DNA of 64,000 nt from TPA_inf: Saccharomyces. Its lineage: Eukaryota. The notes beneath the pieces are model-generated. The model was not told where the DNA came from. It did no database searches and worked only from the letters and a program-made list of their open reading frames with translations. Within the stretch, counting starts at the first letter, position 1; each line of letters opens with the position of its first letter. Below are positions 35,551-47,301 of the stretch, piece by piece. The DNA lies in the NCBI GenBank assembly GCA_000146045.2, contig BK006938.2, forward strand, positions 864,001-928,000, written 5' to 3'. Position numbers and translations under genes: made by a program.

Positions 35551-38500
35551 TCATCTAACCTCAGAAATAGTGTTGTATATATCATTGTCCGTAATATCAT
35601 CGTGAAAACCAGTGTCCTCGTTAATTATTGTCTGAATTAGCCATTCTTTAGATTCAGTGTGAAATATGTAATTAAATTTCTTAAATTTCAGTGATATTTG
35701 ACTTCTCAATCTTTCGAGAAGCTTCATCTGAGATTTACCATTATTTTCGTTAGCATATATGAGAAACTTTAACTTTCGATTAGATAATTCTGATCCTATT
35801 CTGGGTACTAAAGAATCTAAGGCATTTAACAATGGCTCTGTATCATCTACATCAATATTGGGTAAATCAATTGTAAGCATTCTACCTGCGCTCAAACATG
35901 CAAAAGCAAATTTGACAAAACTGTCCAACTCAGATCTACCCCAAACAATAACAATGTAGTCATTTAACATTTTCTTCACTCCACATATCTGATCTCTTAA
36001 ATTAGATCCGCGTAAGAATTGTGTATAAAATGAAAAAATATTGTTGGATTTAATGATTCCTCCCTTTGATGGAGAATCTAACGATAACCGAAAACTTTCA
36101 CCCGAAGGTAATAGGTATTGGTATATTAAATGTGGTACTATTCTTTTCTTTTCAATGCATGCACTTATGAATTTCCAGTGTAGTGTAGGCCACCCCAACG
36201 CCAAAGTTTCTAAGTACTTTAAGCTTCTTAAATGCCGTTTTGTGATTAGGCAAGCAAATCTGCAGTCTGCAAATAGGGAATGAGGTTTCCAGGCTAGCTT
36301 CAAGGCCAATTCTCGAATATTATCTGTATTACCTTTATTGACTAAAGATTTAGCTAGCGGATGAGTGAAGTTAAATAAAGTGGAAAATCCTGACTCAATT
36401 ACAGTGCCGCCTTGCGATTCAATGGTCTGTCGAAGTTCCTCTCTATTTTCGAATAGGCTTGTCAAAACAAAAATACATTTATCAAATACATTCCCTGTTC
36501 TGATTTCACCAGAAGAAAAAAGCAGGCTTGGCGCTCCTGCATGTTCAGCTAATGCGTCTCTAGAATCCTTTTTAACAATTTCCTTCTTTTCGGAGCTCGA
36601 TTCTATTTCGTTATTGTACACTTCAGTATGCGTATTTATGTCCTTTTCGTCATCAGTATGTTTCTTCGGAGACAGAACATTGGTCATTGATTTCCTTCCC
36701 CTAATGGGATGTCTCAAGTACCTATACGCGTCGCCTTTATTTTTCTCATTATCTTCTAATATGATCTTCGCTCTTTTAGCCCACTCGCTTAGGTCAAGAC
36801 TGATCGAGCTTAGTGCTTTAATTAACGTCCTTTTCCCCAACAATCCGCTTGCATTTTTTTTTTTCAAATGAACCGTATCATATCCTCGAATACATCTTAT
36901 TATGTTGAGATCATGGCTACGACATTCTAGACCAACGACTACGTACTCATTTCCATCAAAGGTAACAGCATCCCCTATTCTAATATCTAAGTAGTAGATG
37001 TCCTCATCTTTGGTTAGCGATCTTCCTGTTTCGAAATAAATCCAACAGCCATCTTGATTAGTGTCAACTTCCAATAAAATACCCGGATAAAATTTGTAAT
37101 TCCACGTATACTGACACCATACCGCATTTCCAAAAATTATGTCGTCTTTCGATAAGAAACTATTATCTGCCGTTCTAATACCTTCAGGAAACACGTAAGA
37201 CTGTTCTTTAGAGTCTTTGCCCGAACCTGTCTCCCCTGTTTGTATGGTAATGCTGCAAGACGGTTCCCTTTTGATAGAAGCAGCATCCAAATCTGAATTT
37301 CTTTTGAGGTGTTTTGTCGGTGATGTCTTAGTGCTTCTGTTCTCCTCCTCTTCACCGATCTCTATTGTATCTTTTTGACGTCGCTTTATTGTTCTTCGGT
37401 TCTGAATAATCTCCTGTGACTCACTTGGAAATAATTGCATGAGGTTTTTCTGAAGTTCTGAGCTCTGTCCTTTGCTTTCGTGTTCAATCAAAGCTACATC
37501 CAAAGACTCTGTGCCATCTTGTTTATCTGAATTGCATTCTTTATTATCATCATGAAGCTGAAGTGAGTTCCCCTTGCTTTTTTTTATCTCCATTAAAGTT
37601 TCTTCCTCGACTACCAGCTTTTTTGGAGACGTTTGAAGATCTTGCTGCTCTTCAACTTCAGGCAGTTCTTGGGTTAGTTCAACCTCGCTCATGATTGTAC
37701 TTTCCTTTTTCGTATCAAGCTCATTTGGGGACATACGTTCTGTTTCATCACTTCCTGAATCAGATATTTGCTTTCCTGAAAGTTGTAAGTATATTCTATC
37801 GGTTATTTCCTTTTGTTCGTTGAAATCAGATGAACCGGCTATGATAATGTCATCTCTGGTAGCTGCATTTGAAGAATTTTGTATATCGTTTGAAAAAACA
37901 TTGTTTGTCTCTACTTCTCTCTCGTGTATATTAAATGTATCTTTTTCCTTCGGAATAGGTGAAGAATTCGAGGGTTTTGACATCGTATTCTTAGATGGTG
38001 AACTAGTCTCAGGAACTTCCAATATGGGTTCAAAATTAATCCGAGAAAGAGTAACGGGAGTTTCAAAGGTTGCATTCAAAGCATTTTGTTCAGGAGAATT
38101 TATTATTTGGGTTTTTATTTCTTCTGTCTGGCCAGTAGAATGAAAAACAGGTCCCTTCTGAGCAGATATGCCTTGGGAAAGCGATGAAACAATTATCTGT
38201 GTCTCTAATTCATTATTTGTTTCGGTATTGAAACTTTTAGATAAGGGTTGCGTATCGATTGAAATACTATCTAAAGGCATTTCCTGTGTTCTTGGATTAT
38301 TGACTATTTGCGTAGATCTATTGCTATTATTTTCCGTTTTGTCTTTTGAGTATCGGAATATCCACTTCTTGGATGGTTCCCGATTGTTTACACTCTCACT
38401 GGAATACATTTCTTCTTCCGCATTGTTGCGTGAAGGGGTGCCAGACACAGCACTATTAATATCGATATCTAAATTGTTCACGTCATTCTCTCTACCCGAA

Positions 38501-39480
38501 ACATTCAGATTCTTTTCCAATTCGTTAATCTCCTCTGATTCATTACTTTGTATTATTTGATTGTTCCGTTCTCTGAGATCATCTGATGAATAGTTCTCAC
38601 TTTTCTTTTTTACTGGATTTTTTTCCTCGATAGCTCCTATGTTATCTTCGTTATTGTTAAAAACCTTGTTTACATTTCTTGTGGTCCGGCCATTCCCGGT
38701 AATTTTGTTCTTGTCATAAGAGCTTATCGAATTAGGTGATTCTGCTGATATCATGATTTGAGTTTTTTGAACTCGTTCATCTTGCATTCCTCCACTTTTA
38801 CTTAATTCGTCTTTATATCTTTTAGGTGTAACAATTCCTTCCAATGCACAGTCATAATTATCAGCAGAACGTTCAGCCATCTGTACAAAAGTGGCATCCG
38901 CCTCTGTAACTTCTAATGACGCATTTTCTTCTCCATCATTCTGCTCTCCATAATAGCAAAACCCAGTATCTGACTTCAACTTTTTGAAGGTTTTCTGTTC
39001 CAATGGATCAGTTGGAGTTTGAAAAGTCATTTTTTTTCTTAACATCAGAGGAGTGTCTTCCAGATCGGAGCTTTGATATTTGGTCAAAAGATTTTCTTTA
39101 CCAGGGGTTCGATTGCTTTTGAAAAAGTTAGCAATTCGGTCAAGGTCAGGAGTCCTTTCATTATGCAATATGTTAGCATTTGGTCGATCATTATCTCCTA
39201 CTTCAATATTTAACTCATCATCATGTCTTGGACTCTCGTCAAGTAATCCCAGAGATTTTTGAAATATCTCACTTGTATTCATAAACTTGACAGGATTTGG
39301 ATTTGCTTTGGGACTTCCTTCGATTATGTTTGTGCTATTTACCTTGTTTTCCAACGGATCAACGGGAACATTCATTTCGTTCATGTCGCCATCAGCCAAG
39401 GGAGAATGCAGTGCTTCCTTTATAGCGCTTTGGGTGACTCGATCTGGAGAGCTTTTCCATTGAACTAACTGGCCTGACAT
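35551..39480 (-). CDS. RAD9: Rad9, DNA-damage checkpoint adaptor, 1309 aa
   Basis: Known N-terminus MSGQLVQWKSSPDRVTQSAIKEALHSPLADGD begins at the ATG at 39478-39480. The track's 33-codon extension starts at a TTG. Tandem BRCT region at the C-terminus. Confidence 0.9.
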   Translation of the reverse strand: MSGQLVQWKSSPDRVTQSAIKEALHSPLADGDMNEMNVPVDPLENKVNSTNIIEGSPKANPNPVKFMNTSEIFQKSLGLLDESPRHDDELNIEVGDNDRPNANILHNERTPDLDRIANFFKSNRTPGKENLLTKYQSSDLEDTPLMLRKKMTFQTPTDPLEQKTFKKLKSDTGFCYYGEQNDGEENASLEVTEADATFVQMAERSADNYDCALEGIVTPKRYKDELSKSGGMQDERVQKTQIMISAESPNSISSYDKNKITGNGRTTRNVNKVFNNNEDNIGAIEEKNPVKKKSENYSSDDLRERNNQIIQSNESEEINELEKNLNVSGRENDVNNLDIDINSAVSGTPSRNNAEEEMYSSESVNNREPSKKWIFRYSKDKTENNSNRSTQIVNNPRTQEMPLDSISIDTQPLSKSFNTETNNELETQIIVSSLSQGISAQKGPVFHSTGQTEEIKTQIINSPEQNALNATFETPVTLSRINFEPILEVPETSSPSKNTMSKPSNSSPIPKEKDTFNIHEREVETNNVFSNDIQNSSNAATRDDIIIAGSSDFNEQKEITDRIYLQLSGKQISDSGSDETERMSPNELDTKKESTIMSEVELTQELPEVEEQQDLQTSPKKLVVEEETLMEIKKSKGNSLQLHDDNKECNSDKQDGTESLDVALIEHESKGQSSELQKNLMQLFPSESQEIIQNRRTIKRRQKDTIEIGEEEENRSTKTSPTKHLKRNSDLDAASIKREPSCSITIQTGETGSGKDSKEQSYVFPEGIRTADNSFLSKDDIIFGNAVWCQYTWNYKFYPGILLEVDTNQDGCWIYFETGRSLTKDEDIYYLDIRIGDAVTFDGNEYVVVGLECRSHDLNIIRCIRGYDTVHLKKKNASGLLGKRTLIKALSSISLDLSEWAKRAKIILEDNEKNKGDAYRYLRHPIRGRKSMTNVLSPKKHTDDEKDINTHTEVYNNEIESSSEKKEIVKKDSRDALAEHAGAPSLLFSSGEIRTGNVFDKCIFVLTSLFENREELRQTIESQGGTVIESGFSTLFNFTHPLAKSLVNKGNTDNIRELALKLAWKPHSLFADCRFACLITKRHLRSLKYLETLALGWPTLHWKFISACIEKKRIVPHLIYQYLLPSGESFRLSLDSPSKGGIIKSNNIFSFYTQFLRGSNLRDQICGVKKMLNDYIVIVWGRSELDSFVKFAFACLSAGRMLTIDLPNIDVDDTEPLLNALDSLVPRIGSELSNRKLKFLIYANENNGKSQMKLLERLRSQISLKFKKFNYIFHTESKEWLIQTIINEDTGFHDDITDNDIYNTISEVR

Positions 39481-39780
39481 AGCCCTGATGTTGAAGATTT
39501 TCTCACTATGCTCTTTTCTATGGCGTTTCTCTATCTTGCTCACTTCACATTGCTCATCGTTGCAAATATCCACGAACAAAAATCCTCGCGTGTTTAATCA
39601 GAACTGCACTCTGAAAATTCAAAGCCGTGCCAGTAATAAGAAAGACACAAGGTTATATAGAGACACATCGAGAAAGTATATTATAGATTAAAAAAATTTT
39701 GCCTTATACTTTAGTGCACTTGAAAAAGCAATAAAATTTTATTTCATATGTATCTAACGCTAACAAGGCCGTATATTTAT

Positions 39781-41052
39781 TTAGACCTTATTTTGATGGG
39801 GAGCTGCCAACATTTTCTCCAATAAATCAATCTTCCTTTGATAGTCTTCAATAATTCTGTTTTTTTCGTCTATTTCTTTGTGTATTTGATAAGCATTTTC
39901 ATCGTTTGTATCTGGATTCCCAAGTGTTCTACTTGCACTATTTCTTCTGGTGGAAACATTGCTGACACTTCCCCTTGAGGTTTCGTCGATATAGCTATAG
40001 TTTGGAATATCATAGTTGTTTTTCTTCTCAGTTAACACTTTAGCCCTATAATTTTCATACAATACGTTGTTTGTTACATCTTTTAATTCCTGAAGGTGAG
40101 AACCTAACAGTATTGCTTTTAAGTATATAAAATCGGAGGTGTTTTGGTCTTCGACCACCAAGCTACCCCATTCGTACGTTCTGATATGCTCAACCCTATT
40201 TTCCGAATTTTTATTAAAAGTTTTGCTGCAAACAATGGCAAATGGCGATATTTCCTTGATCTTCGTGTCATTATCGTATTTGGATTTTGCTGAACTGGAA
40301 TCGATGTCCATATCGTACAGAGCTAATGTTTCGCCTAGGGTGTCACTTTTAAAATCAAAAACACGTATATTGTTCTGAGAGATTTCTTGGCGCACAATGT
40401 CTTTGTGTAAATTTAATTCAGTTTCTGTGAGACCATCGGCTTTTGGAATAATGGGAATTAAATTAACTTTATCACAAATCGTTTTCATTAACTCAATATC
40501 AAATTTTTTGACTCCTCTTGGAGTACTCTTCAGAAAGTATAAACAAACATGAGGCCTCCCATCAGTTTCTTTTGTGTTTCTCTTTATTCTGACCTCTTCT
40601 TTTAAAACATTTGCAAACTGTTGGTCTAAGTAGTTTTTTATAACAACAGAGCTTTGTGAATTGTCGACATTGTCACCGCAGCCTGGAAACAATATGATAT
40701 CTAATGTTATGGGTACGCCTAGTTCATCGTTCAAATACACTCTTCTGGTGACAAGCTTCAGCCCAGGACTCAAATGGGCTGTTTTATATCCAGGATCTAT
40801 ATCTTCGATGGCGTTTCCATTTTCTGGTGTTACATTATTTGTCACTTTATCATCATCATCATCATAATCCCCATCAGAAAGCGATATATCCTGACCGCAC
40901 AGATTGTTTAAAAACGTTGATTTGCCGCTGCCTTTTTCTCCAAGTAACAAAATTGACAACTGCAGTCCTTTCTTGTAACCCTTGCGACGTCTTAACTCAT
41001 CTCTGCTGAGAGTATGTTGTTCAAGAGCTGAGTGATCTTTCATTGGGAACAT
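39781..41052 (-). CDS. SPR28: Spr28, sporulation-specific septin, 423 aa
   Basis: Septin GTP-binding P-loop GEKGSGKSTFLNNL. N-terminus MFPMKDHSALEQHTLSRDEL from the ATG at 41050-41052. The upstream track extension begins at a TTG. Confidence 0.88.
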   Translation of the reverse strand: MFPMKDHSALEQHTLSRDELRRRKGYKKGLQLSILLLGEKGSGKSTFLNNLCGQDISLSDGDYDDDDDKVTNNVTPENGNAIEDIDPGYKTAHLSPGLKLVTRRVYLNDELGVPITLDIILFPGCGDNVDNSQSSVVIKNYLDQQFANVLKEEVRIKRNTKETDGRPHVCLYFLKSTPRGVKKFDIELMKTICDKVNLIPIIPKADGLTETELNLHKDIVRQEISQNNIRVFDFKSDTLGETLALYDMDIDSSSAKSKYDNDTKIKEISPFAIVCSKTFNKNSENRVEHIRTYEWGSLVVEDQNTSDFIYLKAILLGSHLQELKDVTNNVLYENYRAKVLTEKKNNYDIPNYSYIDETSRGSVSNVSTRRNSASRTLGNPDTNDENAYQIHKEIDEKNRIIEDYQRKIDLLEKMLAAPHQNKV

Positions 41053-41454
41053 TTGATTATTTACTGACTTTATGTACGTATAGTAGCTCTTTTTTTGTAT
41101 CGATTTATAAAAATGCCTGTTCTTACTATTCTTATGGGAATGACACAAAATGTAGACGCATGTCTTTTTCAGGCGTCCTTAATATGAGCGATCAAATTTC
41201 GCATCAAAAAAACTTTATTGAAGTTAGAATATATGAAAAAAAGCCACGAAATTTCTAAAGGCAACCACAAATTGTCTTATTATTGATAGAATATAAAAAA
41301 TAAGTCATTTATTTATATGTACATCTGTGCAAATGGTAGCGGCGCTCTTTAACTGTTTCTACATACCATGCATGCTTGTCTAAAACCATTTCGAAGTTCC
41401 GTTGCTAATTCAGAGAAAACTCTTCCAAGCAAAGTCGGTTTGAGGCGTTTTCTG

Positions 41455-42852
41455 TTATATATTAAAATCGGTATTAGCGTCAAGCCGTTTGATTACATGA
41501 TCATTCGTATTCGACCCACTAGGGTTATCCAATTCGATTTTGCGATAGCATATCTTATTACCGTCTGTAACAACCGCCTTTAATTTGCTTCTTTGATGAG
41601 GTTTGGATAATTCTATTACTGGGGAAGTGTGACTTCTTTGAAATTTATTTTCATCATTTTTCTCTGTTATTCCTTTACAGTTCGAGCTATTTTCTTTTAT
41701 AATTAATTGTTCATAATTTGCTATCTTTGTACTGTTGACTCTTTTAATTGCTAGAGGATTAGTTGTTTCACCGTTAAAATCGGGATAATGCCTTTCAATC
41801 TCCTCTAAATAACCTCTTGAGACGCTCCTTCTGCCAACTTTCGGTAGTATGTCAGAAGGGGGACTTATGATTTTCCTAAAATCTTCGTCATTAGCACTTA
41901 ACGAACTGGATAATTTCAATCTTGGATTGTCCTTTTTCTTTGTTTTTAATGGTCTGCTATCTCTAAAAATTAACTTCTCAAAAAGTTCGGCTTTATCCTT
42001 GACTTTATTAGATTTTCTCAATCTTGTGATTGAGTCAGACGATTCAGTAGATGTAGGCGTCATCTCTTTATAATCAGGATCTCGTGACTTAGTGAAATCC
42101 ATTGTAATATTATTCCAATCATCGTCCAGTAGTTTGGGCGATGAACTTGAAAATACAGAATTTGTTGAACTTCTAGAATAATTAGAAAATGTCGGAGAAG
42201 GGATAAAAGGTGGCTTTTTGACTAAGTCTTCTTCAAATGTTGTATTTTTTTCCAATCCGTGGAGAGAATGTATTTCTCCATTATTCTCCTCTATGTATGT
42301 ATCATCAGAATCCGCTGAATGGGTCCTAAATGCTTTATCATTGAGTTCGATGAATTGATTCATTCCTTGTAGTATTGCAGTATGAGCGATTTGCTCCCTT
42401 GTTATTTCTGTAGGTTCGTTCAAATCCATATTTAAATCTTTCACAGAGCCCTTTTCTTTGCTCTCAACTTCATTTGTTCTATAACTTATTGTCTTTCTAG
42501 CCGGATCAATAACGCCTAGTTTATATTTCCGCTGAACATTTCTTAATGATGCGACCAGGGATATGTTGTGACTATTTAAGGTTTTCATTGCCTTTCTATT
42601 AAAATTCAAAACATCAAAGACATCAACAAGAACATTTTTTGTCCACCACATATTCCCGTTTGAGCCGATAACAGCATTTCTGTAAACAATGTTCTCATTC
42701 GCCAGCATCCTTAGCAAGGTGCAAGTTTTCCCTATGTTTTGTAAATCATTCATATCCAGGTGAGACAATATTCGGAACAATAGGTTTAATGGTAAGTTTG
42801 TCAGGGACCTTTCCTCCAGCGGCATCTGTACACTACAAGAAAATAATGTCAT
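41455..42852 (-). CDS. MFB1: Mfb1, mitochondria-associated F-box protein, 465 aa
   Basis: F-box LTNLPLNLLFRILSHLDMNDLQNIGKTCTLLRML near the N-terminus. 465 aa. Confidence 0.88.
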   Translation of the reverse strand: MTLFSCSVQMPLEERSLTNLPLNLLFRILSHLDMNDLQNIGKTCTLLRMLANENIVYRNAVIGSNGNMWWTKNVLVDVFDVLNFNRKAMKTLNSHNISLVASLRNVQRKYKLGVIDPARKTISYRTNEVESKEKGSVKDLNMDLNEPTEITREQIAHTAILQGMNQFIELNDKAFRTHSADSDDTYIEENNGEIHSLHGLEKNTTFEEDLVKKPPFIPSPTFSNYSRSSTNSVFSSSSPKLLDDDWNNITMDFTKSRDPDYKEMTPTSTESSDSITRLRKSNKVKDKAELFEKLIFRDSRPLKTKKKDNPRLKLSSSLSANDEDFRKIISPPSDILPKVGRRSVSRGYLEEIERHYPDFNGETTNPLAIKRVNSTKIANYEQLIIKENSSNCKGITEKNDENKFQRSHTSPVIELSKPHQRSKLKAVVTDGNKICYRKIELDNPSGSNTNDHVIKRLDANTDFNI

Positions 42853-43329
42853 CTATGTGGTTGAAGGAACTATAACTAATTCTGGAACAAAAGTGAACTT
42901 TCCTTGTGCAGTTTGGCCAATTTGTTTTGATATTTTGTATGAGGATATTTAGCAAGTAGTAACAGAGACTCCTTGGTTATTTGAAAACTTTCCCTTTGTT
43001 TAAACTATAGCAAAGTATAACTTTCCTTTTCCTATTTTGTGAAAAAGTAAGTAAATATTGTTATCTCCTCCCAACTGGTTAAATACTGGGTAGGTGCACA
43101 AGCGTTTATAGTTTCTAAGAAGACAGCACCAGGAATAATGATAAACAGTTGTTTGGGTCAAAACAAAACGGGTATTGCCAATGCCTTTTAAAATACTTAC
43201 CCGGCCATAAAATGAATAATAATAGTGTATGAAGACTGTGTTGGAAGATGTTATGGTAGAAGCAGAGGCTTCCGCACTGCATTTAAGAAGCATAAAGGCA
43301 CTTCTGCTATTTCATTAAGAAGATTCGCT

Positions 43330-45438
43330 ATGGTGAGCATGTTCTCATTATTTCTGCTATTAATTGAGCAATCGCCGCTTGTAGCGTCATTGCAACAAAG
43401 TCAACGGCATATAGTGGGTGTTCCCTGGGAAAAGCAGCACTTGTATGACTCGAATGAACCAGATTTGACTAAATGGCACTGTTTGAACCACGAAGATATC
43501 GTATTGGATATAAGCCAGATTAATGATGGGGTTTGTGATTGTCCTGATGGTTCAGATGAGCCCGGCAGCGCCGCCTGCGTGGAAGATATATTCAAAAGCG
43601 TTGCAGAGGGAGGTGGTAAAGTGAATAAGTATTTTTATTGTGATAACAAGGGGTTTATTCCAAGATATATACGAAAATCGGAAGTCGCAGATGGTATTTG
43701 TGACTGCTGTGACTGTTCTGACGAGCTACTTTCTGGATATGAGCTCTTTGATGCTGGATCTAATTGTTCTCAGTTAAAAAACGAATTTGACATTATGGCC
43801 TCTAAAGAGTTATCAAGTTACCGGGAAGGTAAAGAGGCCCTAGAAGAACTGGAAAGAAAATACGGTACAAAGGAAGAGGCTATCACCCGTGGTAATTGCT
43901 TAGAAGAAGATAAGGAAAAAGCTTCTGCCGAGATAAAAGTACTCTCCAACAGGCTCTCAGAAAATCGAGCCAAATTAGAGCAGTTGAGAGGCGAGTACTT
44001 TAACCAATTAAGCCATGATCCCATTTTGTATCAATTTGAACAATTAAACAGTACTCGTTTGGGATCGGACATCCTTACATCGTTCACTATGGTTTCAAGA
44101 GTAAGTAAAGGTTACCAGGACATATTCAAGATTTTAAGTGATTTATCAGAGGCCTATACTCCCTCGCTAAATGATAAAGTTGTCAATGATAATATTAAAA
44201 AATTCAGAAAAGTTAGAAGACGGGCTGAAAAGGCTAAAATTAATGCAGATAGCAAAATTGATGATGAGCAGGCAGATAATCTTTACTTGTACTTTACAGA
44301 AGAAGTACCTCAAATTTTTTTGAAAAGAGAATCTGAGAACACGTTGAGGTACGTCATAGGAAAATCCAATTTTGTTCAAGCGCTAGTGGAGGGTAAAATT
44401 AACTATACCAACGATATCTTGGAGTATATCAGAGAATTCCGTTTGATTATGGATGATATTTCTCAGAATTACAATGTTAACTTTCAAGATGCAGGGGTCA
44501 AAAGTGCTGTCGATTCGTATAAAAACTACCTAGGTGAATACGGCGAACTGGCTGAATTAGAACCAGCTCACCCGTCAGAGAGCCTTTTGAGATCGTTGAG
44601 CGAAGTAACATCATTTGTGAACGAGAATGCACCAAAGGTATTGCCACCAGACGCTGTTGAGTCAGAACAAGATACGAACAGCGATCATATCGGTACTTCT
44701 GGAGATTTGCGCAATAAACTCAAAGAGATTCTATCTAAGCTGAATATTTTTTCATCTAGAAAAGATTTGGTCTCATTAGAGAAGAGATTCCGCTCTTGTG
44801 AAAGTCAAGTCAGTCTCCTGGAGAATGAATTAAAGCAAAAAATGGACTATAAGAAATTATTAGATGAAACTGAAGATGAAGGAACTAATTCTACTGCAGG
44901 AAATCTGACTGAGCTTTTAGAACTAATGGGATCACAATCCTATTGTCTTGACGACATACTGGACAACTATGTGTACACTATATGCTTTCAACGTCCAATG
45001 ACCGAAGGTGTCATATATCAAGCTGAGGATAAGGTTGACGGTAAAAAAGTTTTGATCGGTCGTTTTAAGACATCAGGTTTTAATGTTGACTTAAACATGG
45101 AAAAATACGCAGAACATTTAAAGGCCACATATGATGAGAAGAGTGATTTGATTTCAAACTTAGCAGCTATACAGGACGATGACGGTAACATGCAACATTA
45201 CGTATTCGGGAACTTAAACGAACTGAATAATGGTCTGGTACTAGAATACGAAAATGGAGACCAGTGCTGGAATGGTCCGCGCAGATCGGCTACTGTATTT
45301 GTTCGGTGCAGCGACAAATTCAAGATTCGGAGTGTACATGAAGCGACTAAGTGCAACTACATCTTCGATGTCGTTGGTCCTCTAGGCTGCAACAAGACTT
45401 TCGAATACGAGCCCCCTAAGTTCAATTTAAGTGAATGA
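43330..45438 (+). CDS. GTB1: Gtb1, glucosidase II beta subunit (ER), 702 aa
   Basis: Signal peptide MVSMFSLFLLLIEQSPLVASL. LDLa-type Cys repeats (DGVCDCPDGSDEPG, DGICDCCDCSDE). C-terminal MRH domain. The track start at 43225 is a GTG; the ATG at 43330 gives the 702-aa product. Confidence 0.88.
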   Translation: MVSMFSLFLLLIEQSPLVASLQQSQRHIVGVPWEKQHLYDSNEPDLTKWHCLNHEDIVLDISQINDGVCDCPDGSDEPGSAACVEDIFKSVAEGGGKVNKYFYCDNKGFIPRYIRKSEVADGICDCCDCSDELLSGYELFDAGSNCSQLKNEFDIMASKELSSYREGKEALEELERKYGTKEEAITRGNCLEEDKEKASAEIKVLSNRLSENRAKLEQLRGEYFNQLSHDPILYQFEQLNSTRLGSDILTSFTMVSRVSKGYQDIFKILSDLSEAYTPSLNDKVVNDNIKKFRKVRRRAEKAKINADSKIDDEQADNLYLYFTEEVPQIFLKRESENTLRYVIGKSNFVQALVEGKINYTNDILEYIREFRLIMDDISQNYNVNFQDAGVKSAVDSYKNYLGEYGELAELEPAHPSESLLRSLSEVTSFVNENAPKVLPPDAVESEQDTNSDHIGTSGDLRNKLKEILSKLNIFSSRKDLVSLEKRFRSCESQVSLLENELKQKMDYKKLLDETEDEGTNSTAGNLTELLELMGSQSYCLDDILDNYVYTICFQRPMTEGVIYQAEDKVDGKKVLIGRFKTSGFNVDLNMEKYAEHLKATYDEKSDLISNLAAIQDDDGNMQHYVFGNLNELNNGLVLEYENGDQCWNGPRRSATVFVRCSDKFKIRSVHEATKCNYIFDVVGPLGCNKTFEYEPPKFNLSE

Positions 45439-46053
45439 CTGGAAAATGAGTAGTTAGGCTTTTTTAGTAAGTAAACAACTAGGAAGGCCGATGCTGTGCC
45501 GTGATACTCTTTTCCGCAACAAAAGCAATATTTCCCTCGGCCAAAACGCGAAAAGACGATAAATAAGTATATCGTTCCAAATACTGATAGTTCTGTACGA
45601 CCTGTTGGAATAACGCGAAAAGAAGGGTACGGCGTAATCACCCCACACGGCTTGTATTTTTTTCGGAGAACTAAGTCATAGACGTAATGCTAATTTTTCC
45701 GTCTAGCCGATGTTTATGCGGCTTTTATTTTTTTTTTTTTTTTTTTCTCATCTTTGTTCTTCCGGTTTCCAAGATGTCTCACAGATTATTACAGTGAATT
45801 CCAAAATCATGTTTACTACTGGAATTTGTATGCATATGTTTTGGCAATCTTAAGCCTACGGATTTTAAATGTGATGGATATAACGAACAGTGTTTACTGG
45901 AGACTCACTTCTCTGGGCTTGAGTTTACGATGTATAGTCATATAAAAATGAAGAAATTTCTTGAGTGACAATTGCCGCCGTACTTCGTATTGTCTTTTCT
46001 TGACAGTGAGGGCGTATAAGATACATCGTACATACATAGAGACTCATTTAGTG

Positions 46054-47301
46054 ATGCTTGAATCGAGCAGTGATAAGATAAAGTTTGCGCCTATTAAAGA
46101 GGTAGATTACAAAAAACCGGTAAGTAAGAGTAAGAACTATACTCTTATTAATGACATCCAACCATTGGAGTGGTATTGTCACAATGATAGTGAAACGGGC
46201 TACCAACACACCATAAGTAACAAGACAGATGGTGGTAGAGGTTTATTCAGAGTGATGAAAAAATCGATGGAGACCAGAGTCGAGACCCAAACGTTATATT
46301 TCACAGATTTGCATACAGGCTTGTGTGGATTTGTTCAATTACTGTATTCTACGGTTATGGGTGGTATCTATAAAGGCTTCCAATTGAATTTCAAGGTTTT
46401 TGGCTCAGAAAGTAATAATACTGACTACGACGTTTGGGAAAGTTTTAAATTGGATGACATAGCTGAATTTCAACCATTAAAGTTTGTCTCTAGAAATGTT
46501 ATTTTTGAATTTTTGAGCAACAAAAATGAAAAATTAGGTTCCATTGGCCAGTTATCTATCAAATGTGATTTACCAACATGTAACAATACAATTCAAAATT
46601 TGAAAATCGATTTGTTGGTGGATTTGTTTCAAGGTTTTAAGATGAACCCCAACGGTTGCAATTATTATTTTGACAAACAAATCTCGATGAGTGACGAATT
46701 CGTTTCCTCAGACAAAATGATCAGACATGTTTTTGTGCCCAGAGGTAAATGTAATGGTAATATTTCCTACGATAAAAAACTCAATAGTGGGGACTTTCAA
46801 AATAAAAATATTTCATTAACTGATGTTCCTGTCGTTTATCTGGACGCTGTTCAAGGTCTTTTGCCGAATAAAGCAGCCAGTAAATGGAATTTCCTATGTT
46901 TTCAGAGCGAAAACTACTCTGTTTTAGCAATTGAATTCACTACTCCTCGAGATCATGATAACGTCACCGTAACAGTTTGGTCAATTACTGAAAAAAACAA
47001 ACTGATATCTATTGGTTCTTCTGTGCAGAGCCCAAAACGTCATGTTAGGTTCCGTGCTACGAGTACAGATAAGGAAAGCGGCTGGGTATATCCAACCTCT
47101 ATCAAGTTCCCCGGTGGATTTTCAGAACACGACTTGAGGCTGGTTAATCGATACGACGTTCTCGGTGAGTTACCAAGCATGGTCAGGTCGTTAGCTCAGA
47201 AAATTGTGAGCATCAAACCTTTCATTTATCAATACTGTCAACCTTCTAAATATAAGCACGAGAAAGGTATTTCTATCGTTGAGAGCACCTTCATTAGTTG
47301 A
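46054..47301 (+). CDS. Uncharacterised protein YDR222W, 415 aa (paralog of YLR225C)
   Basis: 415-aa product from the ATG at 46054 (MLESSSDKIKFAP...). The track start at 45961 is a TTG. Position between GTB1 and CRF1. Confidence 0.8.
   Translation: MLESSSDKIKFAPIKEVDYKKPVSKSKNYTLINDIQPLEWYCHNDSETGYQHTISNKTDGGRGLFRVMKKSMETRVETQTLYFTDLHTGLCGFVQLLYSTVMGGIYKGFQLNFKVFGSESNNTDYDVWESFKLDDIAEFQPLKFVSRNVIFEFLSNKNEKLGSIGQLSIKCDLPTCNNTIQNLKIDLLVDLFQGFKMNPNGCNYYFDKQISMSDEFVSSDKMIRHVFVPRGKCNGNISYDKKLNSGDFQNKNISLTDVPVVYLDAVQGLLPNKAASKWNFLCFQSENYSVLAIEFTTPRDHDNVTVTVWSITEKNKLISIGSSVQSPKRHVRFRATSTDKESGWVYPTSIKFPGGFSEHDLRLVNRYDVLGELPSMVRSLAQKIVSIKPFIYQYCQPSKYKHEKGISIVESTFIS

Noticed and set aside
39481-39579. 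N-terminal extensions in the ORF track for RAD9 (to 39579), SPR28 (to 41148), GTB1 (from 43225), YDR222W (from 45961), SIR4 (from 53505) and Ty1 TYB
   Set aside because: I checked the start codons. They are TTG or GTG, shown as M by the track, not ATG. The first downstream ATG in each case reproduces the known N-terminus and protein length.
43000-43293. 97-codon minus-strand ORF upstream of GTB1 (about where YDR220C would lie)
   Set aside because: Short, and it overlaps the GTB1 promoter and 5' end. Nothing supports it as a gene.
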